A stretch of 60,911 nucleotides of DNA, filler included, from Asterionella formosa (lineage: Eukaryota): assembly GCA_002256025.1 (NCBI GenBank). It is 12 parts of 12 records of this genome, joined end to end, with 100 filler letters (N's around TTAATTAATTAA, not from the genome) between each part and the next. Parts side by side here need not be neighbours in the genome. Positions count along the whole stretch, not along the records: positions 1 to 4,996 come from NKIB01013265.1; positions 5,097 to 10,089 come from NKIB01013266.1; positions 10,190 to 15,181 come from NKIB01013267.1; 9 more parts are not named here. One strand, written 5' to 3'. A program made the translations under genes and the position numbers. Each line of letters begins with the position of its first letter. The first letter of the stretch is position 1. Below are positions 1 through 12,147 of this stretch, piece after piece. The notes under the pieces are model-generated. The model did no database searches. It was not told the DNA's origin and saw nothing but the letters and a program-made list of their open reading frames with translations.

Positions 1-370
1 ATTCAGTCACGGCAGTGTAAATTGGGGGAGATCCAGGACAATGAAGTACCAGTATACAGTATCTGTATTCGTAAGACCAATAGTTCTTGAATCTAATGAT
101 AAATGTTAATCAACCTGTCATGTTAATAAATCTTAGAAAAATGTGTGCTACGCTAGCACCCTGTAGAGCTAATGAAATATCATACATAGGTTTAATACTG
201 TTAGTATTTGGGAAATATCTTCATTGCCAGGACCCCCTTTAGTAACATCAATCAAGAAATTCAGTCACGGCAGTGTGCTTTGGGGGATCCAGGACAATGA
301 AGAATATGGTATCTGTATTTGGAAGACCGATAGTTTTTGAATCTAGTAATGATAAATGTGTATCAACCTA
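1..370. repeat. Imperfect direct duplication (about 120 bp, copies at 1 and 259)
   Basis: ATTCAGTCACGGCAGTGT...GGGGGA...TCCAGGACAATGAAG...GTATCTGTATT...AAGACC.ATAGTT.TTGAATCTA...TGATAAATGT occurs at both 1 and 259. Confidence 0.85.
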
Positions 371-580
371 TGATCAATGAATGTGAGGTCAACATGGGTT
401 TATCTATAAATGAATGATCTGGCAAATGCAAACGGCATGTGGAGAATAGTTCGTTTGATTATTCAAACCGATCAAACCTGCCTAACAACTAGCTTAGTAG
501 CTCACAATAAGAATATAGCAACGAAAGAGAAGCGAACATCACTGTCTATCGCCTTCATTTTTCTAATGATAGATCTATCT
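310..580 (+). repeat. Dispersed non-coding repeat; second copy inverted at about 26238-26495
   Basis: Shared collinear blocks with the reverse complement of 26238-26495: GGAAGACC.ATAGTTT, CATGGGT.TATCTAT, AAATGCAAAC.GCAT.TGGAGAATAG.TCGTTTG, CTCACAATAAGAATATAG, TAGATCTATC. Confidence 0.8.
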
Positions 581-922
581 AGAAAAGTTCATACTTCAAC
601 AATGCCTCACATGAAGTTCCAACACTTGTGTCATGGGAAGCTGTCTGGTAGGCTACTGTTAACAATTGATGAATACATCGCCTCACACCTGTTTCGCTAG
701 AGTGATGACAAGTTCCGTTCTTACGAGTAATTCATCGTGGAAAATATCCATACCGCCTCAATCACCATGAGGCATAATTATTTATTCTTCACGAGTCCTA
801 TTCTCATACATAACGATATCGCAACACTTGACCTCTACAATTCCCGAACTACTTTCTATATATATATATATGGTACTCCCGATACCCAGAATGTCGAATA
901 TACTGATGTAGCTTATAGTAAC

Positions 923-2050
923 CTAATAAAACGTATAGTTCCTAGACTTAAGGAACGAAGTCATGGCTGCTCCACAGTTTCCATCACCGACAACTGTGTT
1001 GTTGAAAGGGCGACTTCCGAGCGCGGTTGGCTTGACCACGCCCGCCGCAACCATGGAATAATAATGATCCCTTAGCCCAATAACCGCCCCACTTTCATCT
1101 TTGCAGGACTCGAGACTAACGCCGTTGAAAGAGTGTGTCAGCGTAGCGTTAGCAGTAATACTCCATTTGAACGCGTACGATTCGTCAATCTTGATTTCGG
1201 AGCAGTCAGCCTTATCAATGACTGGAGCATCATCCGCACAGGAACACATGGGAGCTCCTGCAATTTCACTGGTAAAATTATTTTCCAGGAGACCGTGATT
1301 AACAGCCAGCTGGAAGAGCGCATTGCCTCGGAAGCGATACGACTCAAGGTATCGTTCGTCCCCAACAGTAAAGCCGTGGCAGTTGACGCTGCCCTCAGAT
1401 GCGGCCGGATATAAATAGAAGCCGCCACTGACTTGTCCAGCATACGGGGCGCGGTTGTCGATGTAACATACATCAGTGTTGGTTTTCGATTCCGGCACAT
1501 CAGTCCAACAGCAGATGACAGCCTTCGAGGAACACCTTTTGAAGTTTTGGGAAGTTCCAGGCCACTCCAAGACCTGCGTTTTGACTTTAATGGCGGAAGC
1601 AGAGAGAATAGCTTTGTGCGACTCAGTTGGACTGTTGTCATCGGTGTTGAGCTCAGTACCCCCGAGAAAGAACTGGTAGTCGTCTTGAGTCGTCCTGATT
1701 GGACTCTCGGTGAAGACACCATCAAAGAGGTCTCGCATGGTTACGCGGTTATTCTTCGCGTACTCCACTTGAGTCTTATTGCACAAGTTCTGAATATCAT
1801 CAGCAACTAGGGAGAGATTCCGAAAGAGTCTTCTTGTCTCAGTCAGCCATGACCTACATTTGCTGGCGGTGCTGTTGGGCAATGCCAACATGGCATTCGT
1901 AATCGCCGCTTCGAAGGAATACTTGTTGCAACTCGTGAGAGTGAGGTTAAAATCGCCATTGCTATCAACGAAACATGATGCAGGTATGGTCTGAGCAAGA
2001 CTGGCCGAGGCCATGGAGGCGATTAGGAGGAGAGAGCGTATAAGATTCAT
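923..2050 (-). CDS. Secreted Cys-rich protein of a diatom-type uncharacterised family, about 375 aa
   Basis: Intact ORF. The ATG at 2050 starts a signal peptide (MNLIRSLLLIASMASASLA-Q). Motifs CCW, NTDVCYID, NCHGF, RGNALF and GAPMCSC..P.I..ADC are shared with the paralogue at 3329-4764. Confidence 0.8.
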   Translation of the reverse strand: MNLIRSLLLIASMASASLAQTIPASCFVDSNGDFNLTLTSCNKYSFEAAITNAMLALPNSTASKCRSWLTETRRLFRNLSLVADDIQNLCNKTQVEYAKNNRVTMRDLFDGVFTESPIRTTQDDYQFFLGGTELNTDDNSPTESHKAILSASAIKVKTQVLEWPGTSQNFKRCSSKAVICCWTDVPESKTNTDVCYIDNRAPYAGQVSGGFYLYPAASEGSVNCHGFTVGDERYLESYRFRGNALFQLAVNHGLLENNFTSEIAGAPMCSCADDAPVIDKADCSEIKIDESYAFKWSITANATLTHSFNGVSLESCKDESGAVIGLRDHYYSMVAAGVVKPTALGSRPFNNTVVGDGNCGAAMTSFLKSRNYTFY

Positions 2051-3328
2051 GTTTTTGTTGAAAAAGTTGGTTTTGTGAGCACATTCTGCTTTCATGGCGT
2101 TTCGGGAGAGATTTGTTCCGACAATACTCCAACCTCATGTCCTAGATAGTACCTGGTACCAGGTACCAGGTACCATCATCTAGTTGGTTCCAGTACCTTG
2201 AGGCGACTGTATGAATAGTCATACTATACTCTTTTGTAACGCGGAACTCTGTGCAGTCATTGCGGTCGGAATACTTAAACCTGGCTGCAACGATGTTTCA
2301 CGAAAGCTGTCTGATGTCGTAGTATTGAAATGTCTATTGCAATATTCTTGCTACCAGGGTACTGGTACTTTCTTACAGATAATCGAAATGTGTTTCAGAA
2401 AAGACTCCCGAAACGAGTCATTATGAAATGTCGCTTTGTTGACGGCTTTCTATGTTTTTGTTTTTCAAATTCAATGTTTAGCCAACCGACACGACTGCTG
2501 CGACGTGTATGTCGACATGTTTCAGAAAAGACTCTCTGAACGAGTCATTTTGAGATGTCTTGAATTACGGGTTATCGAAGTTGTTTTTGATTTCGGCATA
2601 CCGGTAGTAAATACCAATACCGGTACCAGGTACCTGCTTTACGTATTTTGTATATTTCCGGTACCAGGTACCAGGTACTGTACTGTATTTATTTTGCTGA
2701 AGCATGATCAAATAATAATATGATACTGATGTATGATGCTCAGTATTTCCAAGAGACATCAGATGCCGGTGCATGCGTTGCGACACAAATGTGTTATTGA
2801 ATTCACCAAGCCGACGCGACTCTTGCGACATGAGCATGTCGAATCGACAAAATCAGGAGTCATACATATTATGCATAAAACGGCCTCGAAATGCCTTTTC
2901 GTTCTATAAGTTGTTGGACCACGTATCAACGTACCAGGGTACCGGTTGATACAGTCTGAACTAGATCGTTCATTTTTGCATCAATTACCGTACCAGGTAC
3001 CAGGTAATCATTCCTACCGGTATACCCTTGCTGGATTTTTGTGAGACATCGGACTCTATCATGTTTTCCCAACTAGAATGTCTGGTAATAATTACGAATG
3101 TCTGTTCGAGTGTGATTGTTCCGAAAAGACCTGTATGCAGCGCGACTATTTACAGTCTCCATACCTTCGTTTACAAACCAGACCCGACCGACCTGGCATT
3201 TCCTTTCGCGCCTTCAACCTTTTCATTTCTTGATAAATCGTTTTTGATCCTGGCCTCTGACAAGCAACTCTCCCCCACTGGTCATAAAATCAAAAAATTT
3301 ACCATTGATATCTCCAAAACACGACAGC

Positions 3329-4764
3329 ATGCTCGCCATCACAGTCGCCCTAGTACTCCTCCTTGATCTCATCTCCACGTCCGGCGCTGCTGTGGCAACC
3401 ACTAGTCAGCTCAGTATCACAGATTGCTTGAATGCTTTACCCCCTATTACGACATCGGGATGTGAGGAGGTCTCGTTCAAAGCGGCTCTCACAACTGCTC
3501 TCACTGCCGCTACCACTAGCCCTTACTGTGCCAGCAGCACTTCTGACGCTGTCCTTGCTGCACTTCTCGGTACCATTACCAGCGTTACCGGGGATTTTCA
3601 AACCAAGGTCTGCAACCCCGCCAGGGCAACTGCACGTGACAACAAGAGTTCAGACTTCTACAAAATCAATCCTGCAGCAACTTCCCCCGCCTGGTACAAG
3701 CGCTTCTACGACGGAGATACTTTCTTAAACGAGCACGTAGACGACGATGAAGGCCTTCGAGGTAAAACCGAAGGAGCCTTCATCGGATCCTTTAGAGATA
3801 CTGCGTCCTCGACCATCGTTACTTTCCCGGAGGAAATCCAGAACTTTAAGAGCTGCGCAATCGAAGCTGCCATGTGCTGCTGGGTACAGGATCGCCAAGC
3901 AAATGACAACAACGGTGGATGCGCGGATAACACTTACGCAGCCAACTGCACGAATAAAAATCCAGGTGACAACACTGATGTTTGTAAGTCTAGTAAAACT
4001 CAAACTTTGACGATCAATGTCACGGTCGTTGCTCACACCATGCTCTCTCGTTTACCCAATTAATTATAACAACAGGCTACATTGACCTCGGCCTCGCTCC
4101 AACCTCTCATAAGATGAACAACGGCCTGGCATTCTTTGATGCGCAATCTCCAGGGGGTCGAGAAGGTGATTCTCATTGCCACGGCTTTGCTTGGTCAAAC
4201 AAAAAAACTGATTCCTCCTCTCGCTATCTCGGAAACAGCTTATACTTTGTCTCAATGTTCGACCATCTTTACTCCCGTGGTTATTCCAAGAACCTCGCTG
4301 GAGCACCCATGTGTGGCTGCATCGATCAAATGCCTCTTGTCACCAGAGCTGACTGCACACAAACAAACGTGGACGAGACTTATACCTTCGTCGTTACCAA
4401 CGGAGTTTTCTCCACATCTGTCACGAACATCGCGGTAACGTTCCAGGCCTGCCAGGCCACTACTAACAATGATTTGAACTCGTATTGGAAAAAGATCAAC
4501 GCAGCAAATGCCACACGTGCACAACTCATCGATGACTATTTGGTGGAAAACAGAAGAGACTCGAACGGAAAAAGGGGGTGCGGATTTGCCATTGAGCGAA
4601 GATTGAATGCAGGCTTTTACGGTGTGAAACGCACGATTGTACTTCCAACCAAGGCTCCCACAAAATCGCCTACACGTAAGCCTGCTATTGCTCGGGGTCT
4701 ACGAAGTCGTAATGTTCCAAAAAACCAGAACAGTGAAAGAAACCGCAAGGCTGATATCAAGTAG
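3329..4764 (+). CDS. Secreted Cys-rich protein, paralogue of 923-2050; exons 3329-3983 and 4076-4764
   Basis: Signal peptide MLAITVALVLLLDLISTSGA. A 92-bp GTAAGT...AACAG intron (3984-4075) joins NTDV-C to YIDL in frame, matching NTDVCYID in the paralogue. Motifs AAMCCWVQDRQANDNNG, HCHGFAW, GAPMCGC; PTKAPTKSPT stalk at the C-terminus. Confidence 0.85.
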
Positions 4765-4996
4765 GCAATACATTATAGAGAATGATTAAACTGAAATACA
4801 AACTAAAACCCTTTTTACTGTCATAAAATACATTCTACTTGCCAGCAACCACTGTGTTTAGAATTAGATAAGGGAAGTACATCATACAGCGAAGGTGGGT
4901 GAAGTAAAATCTTCTGTCCTTCGTTTCACGTTCTCACGTCATTCTCAAAACGACAATGCCTTTCTAAGCACATACAATTATCTACCTAGAAGCAAA

Positions 4997-5096
4997 NNNN
5001 NNNNNNNNNNNNNNNNNNNNNNNNNNNNNNNNNNNNNNNNTTAATTAATTAANNNNNNNNNNNNNNNNNNNNNNNNNNNNNNNNNNNNNNNNNNNN
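4997..5096. other. Artificial contig spacer (44 N + TTAATTAATTAA + 44 N); the same spacer lies at 10090-10189, 15182-15281, 20273-20372, 25360-25459, 30445-30544, 35527-35626, 40608-40707, 45687-45786, 50764-50863 and 55838-55937
   Basis: The same 100-bp layout occurs 11 times. TTAATTAATTAA gives stops in all six frames. The segments between spacers fall steadily in length (4996 to 4974 bp), as expected for length-sorted contigs. Confidence 0.98.
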
Positions 5097-5829
5097 TATA
5101 CCATGTGGAAAATTCCTGAACTGTAATTGTGCACAGACCGCGCTGTTTACTTTCCAAACATGATCATGCTAAACGCTAGTGGCGCGCACTTCTTGAAAAG
5201 TACGCGCGACTGTCATTTCGTCAACGCGAATTTGAGCTCTGATTATGCATTAAACATCCAGGGGCAATAAGAACATTGGTTCCAATAAACGGCCAGAAAT
5301 CGTATACCGTATCTGGTATCTGGTAGTATCACACTCAGAGAGTTCGAACGAAAAGACCTTAAAAGACCGCAAAAGAACGAGTTTTCCGGGCGGATAACCA
5401 GTACGACGCTTCGCATTCTCTTGCGTACTTTTGGGGTCTTTTCCGAACTTCGCATTCTTTTGCGGTCATTTCGAAAAACGTGATATGCGGTCGATTTTGG
5501 GTGAACCACAGTTTTTGTACGTGACTTTTCGCACTTCGGAGTTTCTATCAACTCCCCGGTAATGTATTACTCGGAGGTGTTTCTCTCTGTAAAAATATAT
5601 GCTGTCATATACCGGTTTGTCTACTGGTACCTGTTAACATGGTACTGGTACCAGGGTACCAGTATCCGCAGTCAACGCAACTTACAAAGATCCTGGTTCT
5701 AGGTACCAGGTACTCCGAGTAGCAGGTACAGTATTACCGGTAGTTACTAAATCACAACACAACAACAAAGCAAACTCCGCAACCACATTACAACAGAAAA
5801 AGCAGGACGGGATCTTTCATCGATCAACC

Positions 5830-6084
5830 ATGTCAGAAGGTTACAGCGCTCTTAGTGAAATTCAGCTCTTGGAGCAAGAAATTGCGTTACTGAAGAATCA
5901 ACTCGAGGGCATCCAGGCGGCAGATCCCTTGAGCATTGCCTGCCCTGTCCTCGCCAACGCCATTGAAAAGTCAGAGGCAGTCGATGGCTTTCTGGTCAAA
6001 GCGGGCGGGATTTCAGAATCGAATCAGTTCCATACATCGGCAGGTACTACAAATTCAGAAGATGGATGTTGCGTGGTGCTTTAA
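5830..6084 (+). CDS. Heterotrimeric G-protein gamma subunit (GGL-like), 84 aa
   Basis: Coiled-coil helix EIQLLEQEIALLKNQL, then S.AC..L...I and D.FL, as in plant AGG-type gamma subunits. C-terminal CCVVL is a CaaX box with an adjacent Cys. ATG context is ACCATG. Confidence 0.75.
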   Translation: MSEGYSALSEIQLLEQEIALLKNQLEGIQAADPLSIACPVLANAIEKSEAVDGFLVKAGGISESNQFHTSAGTTNSEDGCCVVL

Positions 6085-6301
6085 TTCTGGGGCGAAGGAG
6101 AATGGAGAAATCGTTCAATGTGGAACTGAAAATGTTTTGGAAAAGTTTGTCAAGTTGCTAGGAAAGTCGGTAGTTCGGGCAATATACGCTTGTTTTGCAC
6201 TCTGGAATAGATTGAATTTTTGGGACTTTTGCGAAAATGTCTATTAGCTAAATTCGTGATCTAAAGTTTGTCTATGTTACTGTACTTTGAATGATTGGGT
6301 T

Positions 6302-9300
6302 TCACATTAATTCACGTTCCGTCGATGCTTCATCGATGTGATGAACAAATGCTATCGGTTTATCTCCTCCCATGTTAGCATATCCGTTCAATTTCCGTAG
6401 CTTTTCGCGTGCCTGCTTTGTGCAATCATCTTCTACGCCTCGTCGATACGACATAGGTTCCATTGCATGAACACTCAGTACAGGTTGCCGATAAGCTTCT
6501 CTGTTGAAAACCTTGCTTCGCTCTTCATTGGCTAATCCTGGAGTGAATGGCAGACCAGCATCGATGCTTGCACGTAGATCAGAGATGCGGTCGCATTCCA
6601 TCGCCCGCTCCAGGGAAAGCGTGATACCAGCACCGGCGTAGTGGCGGCGAAAGTAAGTCATCACCCAGACAGTAAAAACAGGCAAGGGAAGCAAGAAAAG
6701 TGGCTAGGCAAAAAATGGAATGAATGGAACGACAAGGTGAGTGAACATTTAGTGCTGCCTAATATGTTGCAGTAAAGCGCTCACCTCATAGTAACTCTGT
6801 CGAATCGTCGTGTATCCTATCAAAGTCAACTGACCGCACATGAGCCCAAAGAGGGTCCGATCGCATGCATCAGGAAAGAAGGAGCCACCGCTTTCGTAGA
6901 CTGGAGTGTACACGTACAGAATTTGCTTCTTGTAAACCACCAAAGCACCAATAAAGTAAACTGCTCCGACTGGTAAAATAATGGGGCAAATAACTGCGTA
7001 GGTAAAGCAAATGACAATAACAAGCAACTGACTTGGATACTAAGGAAGCAGAACAATCAAAAGAATCCGTTAGATATATTGTTGTAAACAGCACGGTAGT
7101 TGCCTGAGACAGGAATTGTAGGGAGAAATGGTACTTACTTCCCAACCATACAATACATTCTCTCGCCTGTATACCTGATCAAGTTCTCGCTGCGTCAGGT
7201 TGTCTGCGGCGAAAAGGAGACGTAGCAGGCACATGCGACCCAATGCGCCCAGGCGGAGAATGACAAGTGGTAGACCAGCCATCACTTTCGTAATTAGCAA
7301 TGCGATAAAGTATCCCACGACAGTTGGTAACGATTCTCCAAGGATTTTCAACATCTCCGAAGGATGATCGATGATTTCTGCCAGCGATATCCACAGCGAT
7401 CCTGCCGTGACGGTGATATAAATGTTGGCAAGCTGATAATAGAAATATCTCCCCATCATGGATCGTTGAACATCCGAGAATGTCTTACGGTGCTCCCAGC
7501 GAAGTGCGATCTGCTCGAAAACGACGGGCAACAACATAATCAAAGTAAGTAGGGCAACAACTGGAAGATAGCCGTTGATGAAAGCACTCAAATTGCCTCC
7601 ATCAAAAGTTAGCACCCATTCCATTCCTGGCAACGAAGCGACTTGTTCTGCAGTAGCGAACGCTTGAATCGCGGTCAATGGCAAACTCCAGAGAATTACT
7701 CCCAAACAAAGAACCAGGTTGGCAAATAGTTCTCGCCGAGCTGCAAGTCTCGTGGAAACAAAAGCACTAGTCCACCTCAAATCTCGTTGCTCCGGCGCCA
7801 CTGTCACTGTTAAGATATTTGGTTTGTGCGTGAGAGGCACGCTTGCGGCGTTCGTAACGGATGTAAGGTCTAGAAACGTGACAAAACCGGTTGACGACAT
7901 GTTTGATCCCATAACGCTCTCAACCATCATGTCCAACGTACGATTCAAGTATTTTAGCCCGGCAAAGAGGAAATCCAACCCTAACCGACCTGCAATCCGA
8001 CGTAACAGGTTTTGTTCCCTATTGCGGGTTCCTGGATGAACATATTTTTTCGGGACATCATATACGACCTCCTCAGTTGACAAACGAGGAAGTGGCTTTA
8101 AATGGTCATCATCGACAAGTGGAATACTTTTTTCGTTTGACGATATGGAAATAGCTTCATGGTCCCAGTTATGCTTGGCCGAGGGATTAATTGGCAAATT
8201 GCCATTGCTAACACTGCCTTTTGATTTTGATGATGACGTCTCTTCACGCGGCGGCAATCTTCTGGATAAATATGGCCGTGGCACGAGTGGCACTGGCGTC
8301 CCAGGAGAAAAACCAAACGACCCATATTGCGATGTCATTTGCTCTGCTTGTGGAATACATGTGCCCATAAAATGCAGCAAATCCTGCGGGGACTTGAGAT
8401 CGTTGTCTTCCAGTGATTCGTCCAACACATCTGCAACGGTATCGGAAAGCGAATCGATCGCTTTTGTGAACCAATTCTTAGCTTTTATGACAACATTGCC
8501 ACTGTGGGCGATCTGAGTTTTCTGTTGTTGCAGTAGAAAAAGTTCTCGATTGCATTCAGCAAGGTCTCTGGTATAGTAGGAAATAGAATCAACCCTAACA
8601 CCACGGGGTGGGTAAGGTCCCTCGTCGTCGATAACAATTGGTAGAGCGGTACTCATTGTAAAATCCAAAGGTGCCAAATCTATTCCGCATATATTTACCC
8701 TAGATCGCCCCAACACATGGGATGATCGCTCTCCAGTAGCATAAAAATAAGCAATGCTCTTTTCTAATCGTCGAGTGACACGCAAACGTCGTAGGGACAA
8801 TGTTTCCAGTTCTGGCAACTTCATGACAACACTAGCAGAATGAACCTTGCCTGGAAATAGTTTATCAAAGTAATCAAACAAAGCTCGATCACTTCTCAGT
8901 TCCATTGGTACATCCTCTACCAACAAGGAATAATGATGCTGTGGGTCGACATTTCTGCCACCTCTGTCTCGTCCCAAAAAGTCCATTCTCAATTCCATGT
9001 AGTGCGCATATTCTTGCTTCATGACAAAAAAGATAAAAGCCGAAAAAAAGTACATGAATATGACGGGAACCCACATTCTCCAAGTTCCACTATTAATGTT
9101 TGACATGGATAAATGATACCATCCACTAGATTGATTTGGCCCCGTCGCGAAGACTGGCGCCAAAATCACTACTGCCCAAAAAGTTGAGACGGTGGTAATC
9201 CTGACATTCATTCGTATGAATCGCAGAAAGAAATAAGCATCAAGTCCTGCAGTCTTTCTGACTCTAGACCAACTCACGCCAAAGACGGGAAGTACCCAAT

Positions 9301-9775
9301 CGAAGGGAACGTACGAATCTTCGGGCATGGGTGCAAGGTTTTCTGGTTGGAGTCCTTTGTATGCGTTGATGCCCGAGAACGATGCGGTAGCTGTATTATT
9401 GACCGTTGAATCCGAATTTACCCTTTTTGATGCGTAGACTGATGGAAATAATCGTCTGAGTACCTCGTACAAGGCCATTGCAAAAATGAATACAAATGCG
9501 TTGAAATAGATGGACGTCATGACGGCATCGACGGAGATATCAGAAGCTGGCTTCAGTTGCGATGCGAATTCGTCAGCACCATCGAATGTGTCATTCCAAA
9601 AGTAACTAAAACCTGTTCCTAAGTGTCGATGAAGCGAAATAGAAGAATGGATTTCAATGGAAGGTAGAAACGGAACTGAGTTCTTCTGTTGCAGCGAATA
9701 CAAGCAATCCAGAAAAGTGATATTGTTGTAGAAGCCTTCAGGCGACGGCAGGCTCATTGTGTCGTTTCCCATCAT
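6302..9775 (-). CDS. CSC1/OSCA/TMEM63-family calcium-permeable stress-gated channel; exons 9775-7139, 7039-6785, 6703-6302
   Basis: Family motifs GLDAYFFLRF, TGFVTF, APE.RDL.W, YFIALLITK and TYAVICPIILP.GAVYF. Introns 7138-7040 (GTAAGT..TTAG) and 6784-6704 (GTGAGC..CTAG) join the three ORF-track pieces in frame. Start placed at the first ATG. Confidence 0.92.
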
Positions 9776-10189
9776 CCTTATTTCGTATAATGCCGATAAG
9801 GTCTGCCTTATGATCGAACGTGTGCAGTTTCTGCTGGTTCCCCGCGACAAAATTACCAAATCTGACGAGTTTCAGGTTCGTGCAGTTTTGAAATCTGAAA
9901 GGAACTCGCTTCGTCCAGGATTTGGTTCCTTTGTTAATCCTTATCTCTTCTTAATCTGTTATTTGTGTCAACGCATGCGGCGGTACAATGGGGTCGATGT
10001 GCAGCGTGTTGGAAAACAATCCAATCATGAACAAAACGAGGAACAAACAATGTACGACAGCGGTATGGAGTTGAAATGATAATATTACTNNNNNNNNNNN
10101 NNNNNNNNNNNNNNNNNNNNNNNNNNNNNNNNNTTAATTAATTAANNNNNNNNNNNNNNNNNNNNNNNNNNNNNNNNNNNNNNNNNNNN

Positions 10190-11798
10190 GCCCCCTCAAG
10201 ATTTGATTGGAGTCAATTCCGATACACATGTTTGCAAGCTTGTGAAGGCTATGTACGGGATAGTACAAGCTCCACGATGCTGGTCCAGGACGTTTGCGAA
10301 ATGTGTCACCAATAAACCAGGTATGACGAAGAGCAAGATCAACCCTATGTTATTTATGCACCGGAACAAGGATGGACAAATTGATGGTCTACTTGTTAAT
10401 TACATGGATGACGGTATTGTATGTGGGACTCCAAGTGCAGCAGTGGAGTATATGAAAAATGTTATCAAGGAAGATTTCAATATTACCAAGCAGGGTATTC
10501 TACAGAAACACCTAGGAGTGGAATATGCTTGGAAAAAGGACAAGTATGGTGAATACTGGGAGTTGCAGATGCAGAAATTTCGTATGCAACTTCTACACGA
10601 ATACGAGAAGTTGACCAATATGAAAATTAAGTCGTACGCAACGCCGGGCGTACCAGGAAAGACATTGAACAAGAATGACGGTGAAGTCTTGTGGAAGGAG
10701 AATATCGAAAAATTGTGGGCAAGTTACTATGGTCTACAAAGAAGGATTCGCCGGACTGAGCTAATGCGGTTCGGGAACTATCGGCTCATTTAAGCTGCCC
10801 AGGTGAAGAACAATGGCATGCAGTCGTGGCAAGAGTGATTGGTTACCTATCCAATATGGAGGATAGAGTTCTCAAGTTGCGTAAGCCAAAAGAGTTAAGA
10901 GTCATTGCCTACGTGGACAGTGACTGGGCTGCTAATAAGGATAACATGAAGAGCACGACTGGCTATCTTGTTACTATTGGCGGGGCATTTATCAGTTGGC
11001 AGTCGAAGGGACAACAAACGGTTACGCTGTCCAGCACCGAAGCTGAGTATGTGGCGATGTCCCAGTGTGGACAAGAGATTAAGTTCATAGCAATGCTACT
11101 GAATGAGGTTACTGGTGGTAAGGTCATGTTACCAAATCCTATGAGAAGACAATACAGGAGCTATTTTTATCGCGAAGAATCAGCAAATCGGAACCAGGAC
11201 AAAACATATTGATATTAAGTATCATCATGTAGAGGACATGATTGAGGATGAAGAATTGGAAGTCATTTTTATAAGGTCGGAAGATAATTTTGCGGACATT
11301 ATGACCAAGAACGTGAAGGAACAGATTCATACGAGATTGTCCGAACCAGTTCAGAGTGGAACGATGTTACAGTCTCTTGGCAATGGGGAGGATGTCAAGA
11401 ATATTAGCCCGAGTCACAAGGATTGTCGACTCGATTGCAATCGAATGAGTCGAATATTGCATTGCCACGTCAATCAGCTGTCTAACGAGATCAAAGATTG
11501 AAGATTTCTATGGAAATGTTAAGTGGAAACTCGAAGAGAGTCTTAGAACGACTTTGCAGGAAGCAAAGATGCATGGAAAGGAAACATTTAGTTTAGCTTA
11601 TAAGTAAATTTGAGTTTTAGATTATCAGCCGAGGAAACAGTGTGTTAATTGACAGCAAGGTCAATTAGTCTATCTAGCAGGAAGGCTAGAAGCAGAGACA
11701 AGAGAGAAAGTAAGTGGTACTACTTAGTACTACGATCACGTAAGAGTCTACGTGAAGTGAGGCCCAGCCCGCGGGAAGGAGTACGGACCATTTCAACA
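10190..11798 (+). mobile_element. Ty1/Copia LTR retrotransposon 3' part (RT, RNase H, PPT, 3' LTR), frameshifted
   Basis: KLVKAMYGIVQAPRCW, YMDD, AYVDSDWAA..KSTTG, SSTEAEYVA, SEDNFADIMTK spread over several frames. Purine tract GGGGAGGA lies immediately before TGTCAAG at 11393. Confidence 0.93.
11393..11798 (+). repeat. Copia 3' LTR (about 406 bp, TG...CA)
   Basis: Starts TGTCAAG after the PPT and ends TTCAACA. Collinear with the LTR at 42301-42686 (minus): GGAAACAGTG...AATTGACAG...AAGGTCAAT...GAAGGCTAG.AGCAGA...CGGGAAGGAGTAC...ACA. Confidence 0.82.
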
Positions 11799-12147
11799 CA
11801 CTGGTACCCTGGTACCAGGTACCTGGTACCAAGTTATTAAGCACCGTTCTAGATATTCGTTGCTGGGCCGAGCAATTTCAAAGGCGGTTGACGGTCAGGA
11901 TCATTACTTTTTGCCGCGTGGCTATTTTCCGTGAATGAGTGGGCGAGTCCATAAGCCCTTGTTTGTCTCGTGGCTGACATTTTAGCATACGAGCGGCGCT
12001 GTTTTGCTTACCGGTAGTATCATGTCTTTTTCGAACGCCCTCGCCGGGTCATTCATTGTAAGGGGAAAAAAGATCTTTCTCGAATTTCTGAGCGAGAAAT
12101 AAAGTAATTTATAGTATCATTAAAAAGTAACATCAACACCTTCTACC

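Noticed and set aside
5330..5590. Possible MITE or hairpin (CTTCGCATTCT repeats; stem at about 5552-5576)
   Set aside because: No convincing TIR pair or target-site duplication.
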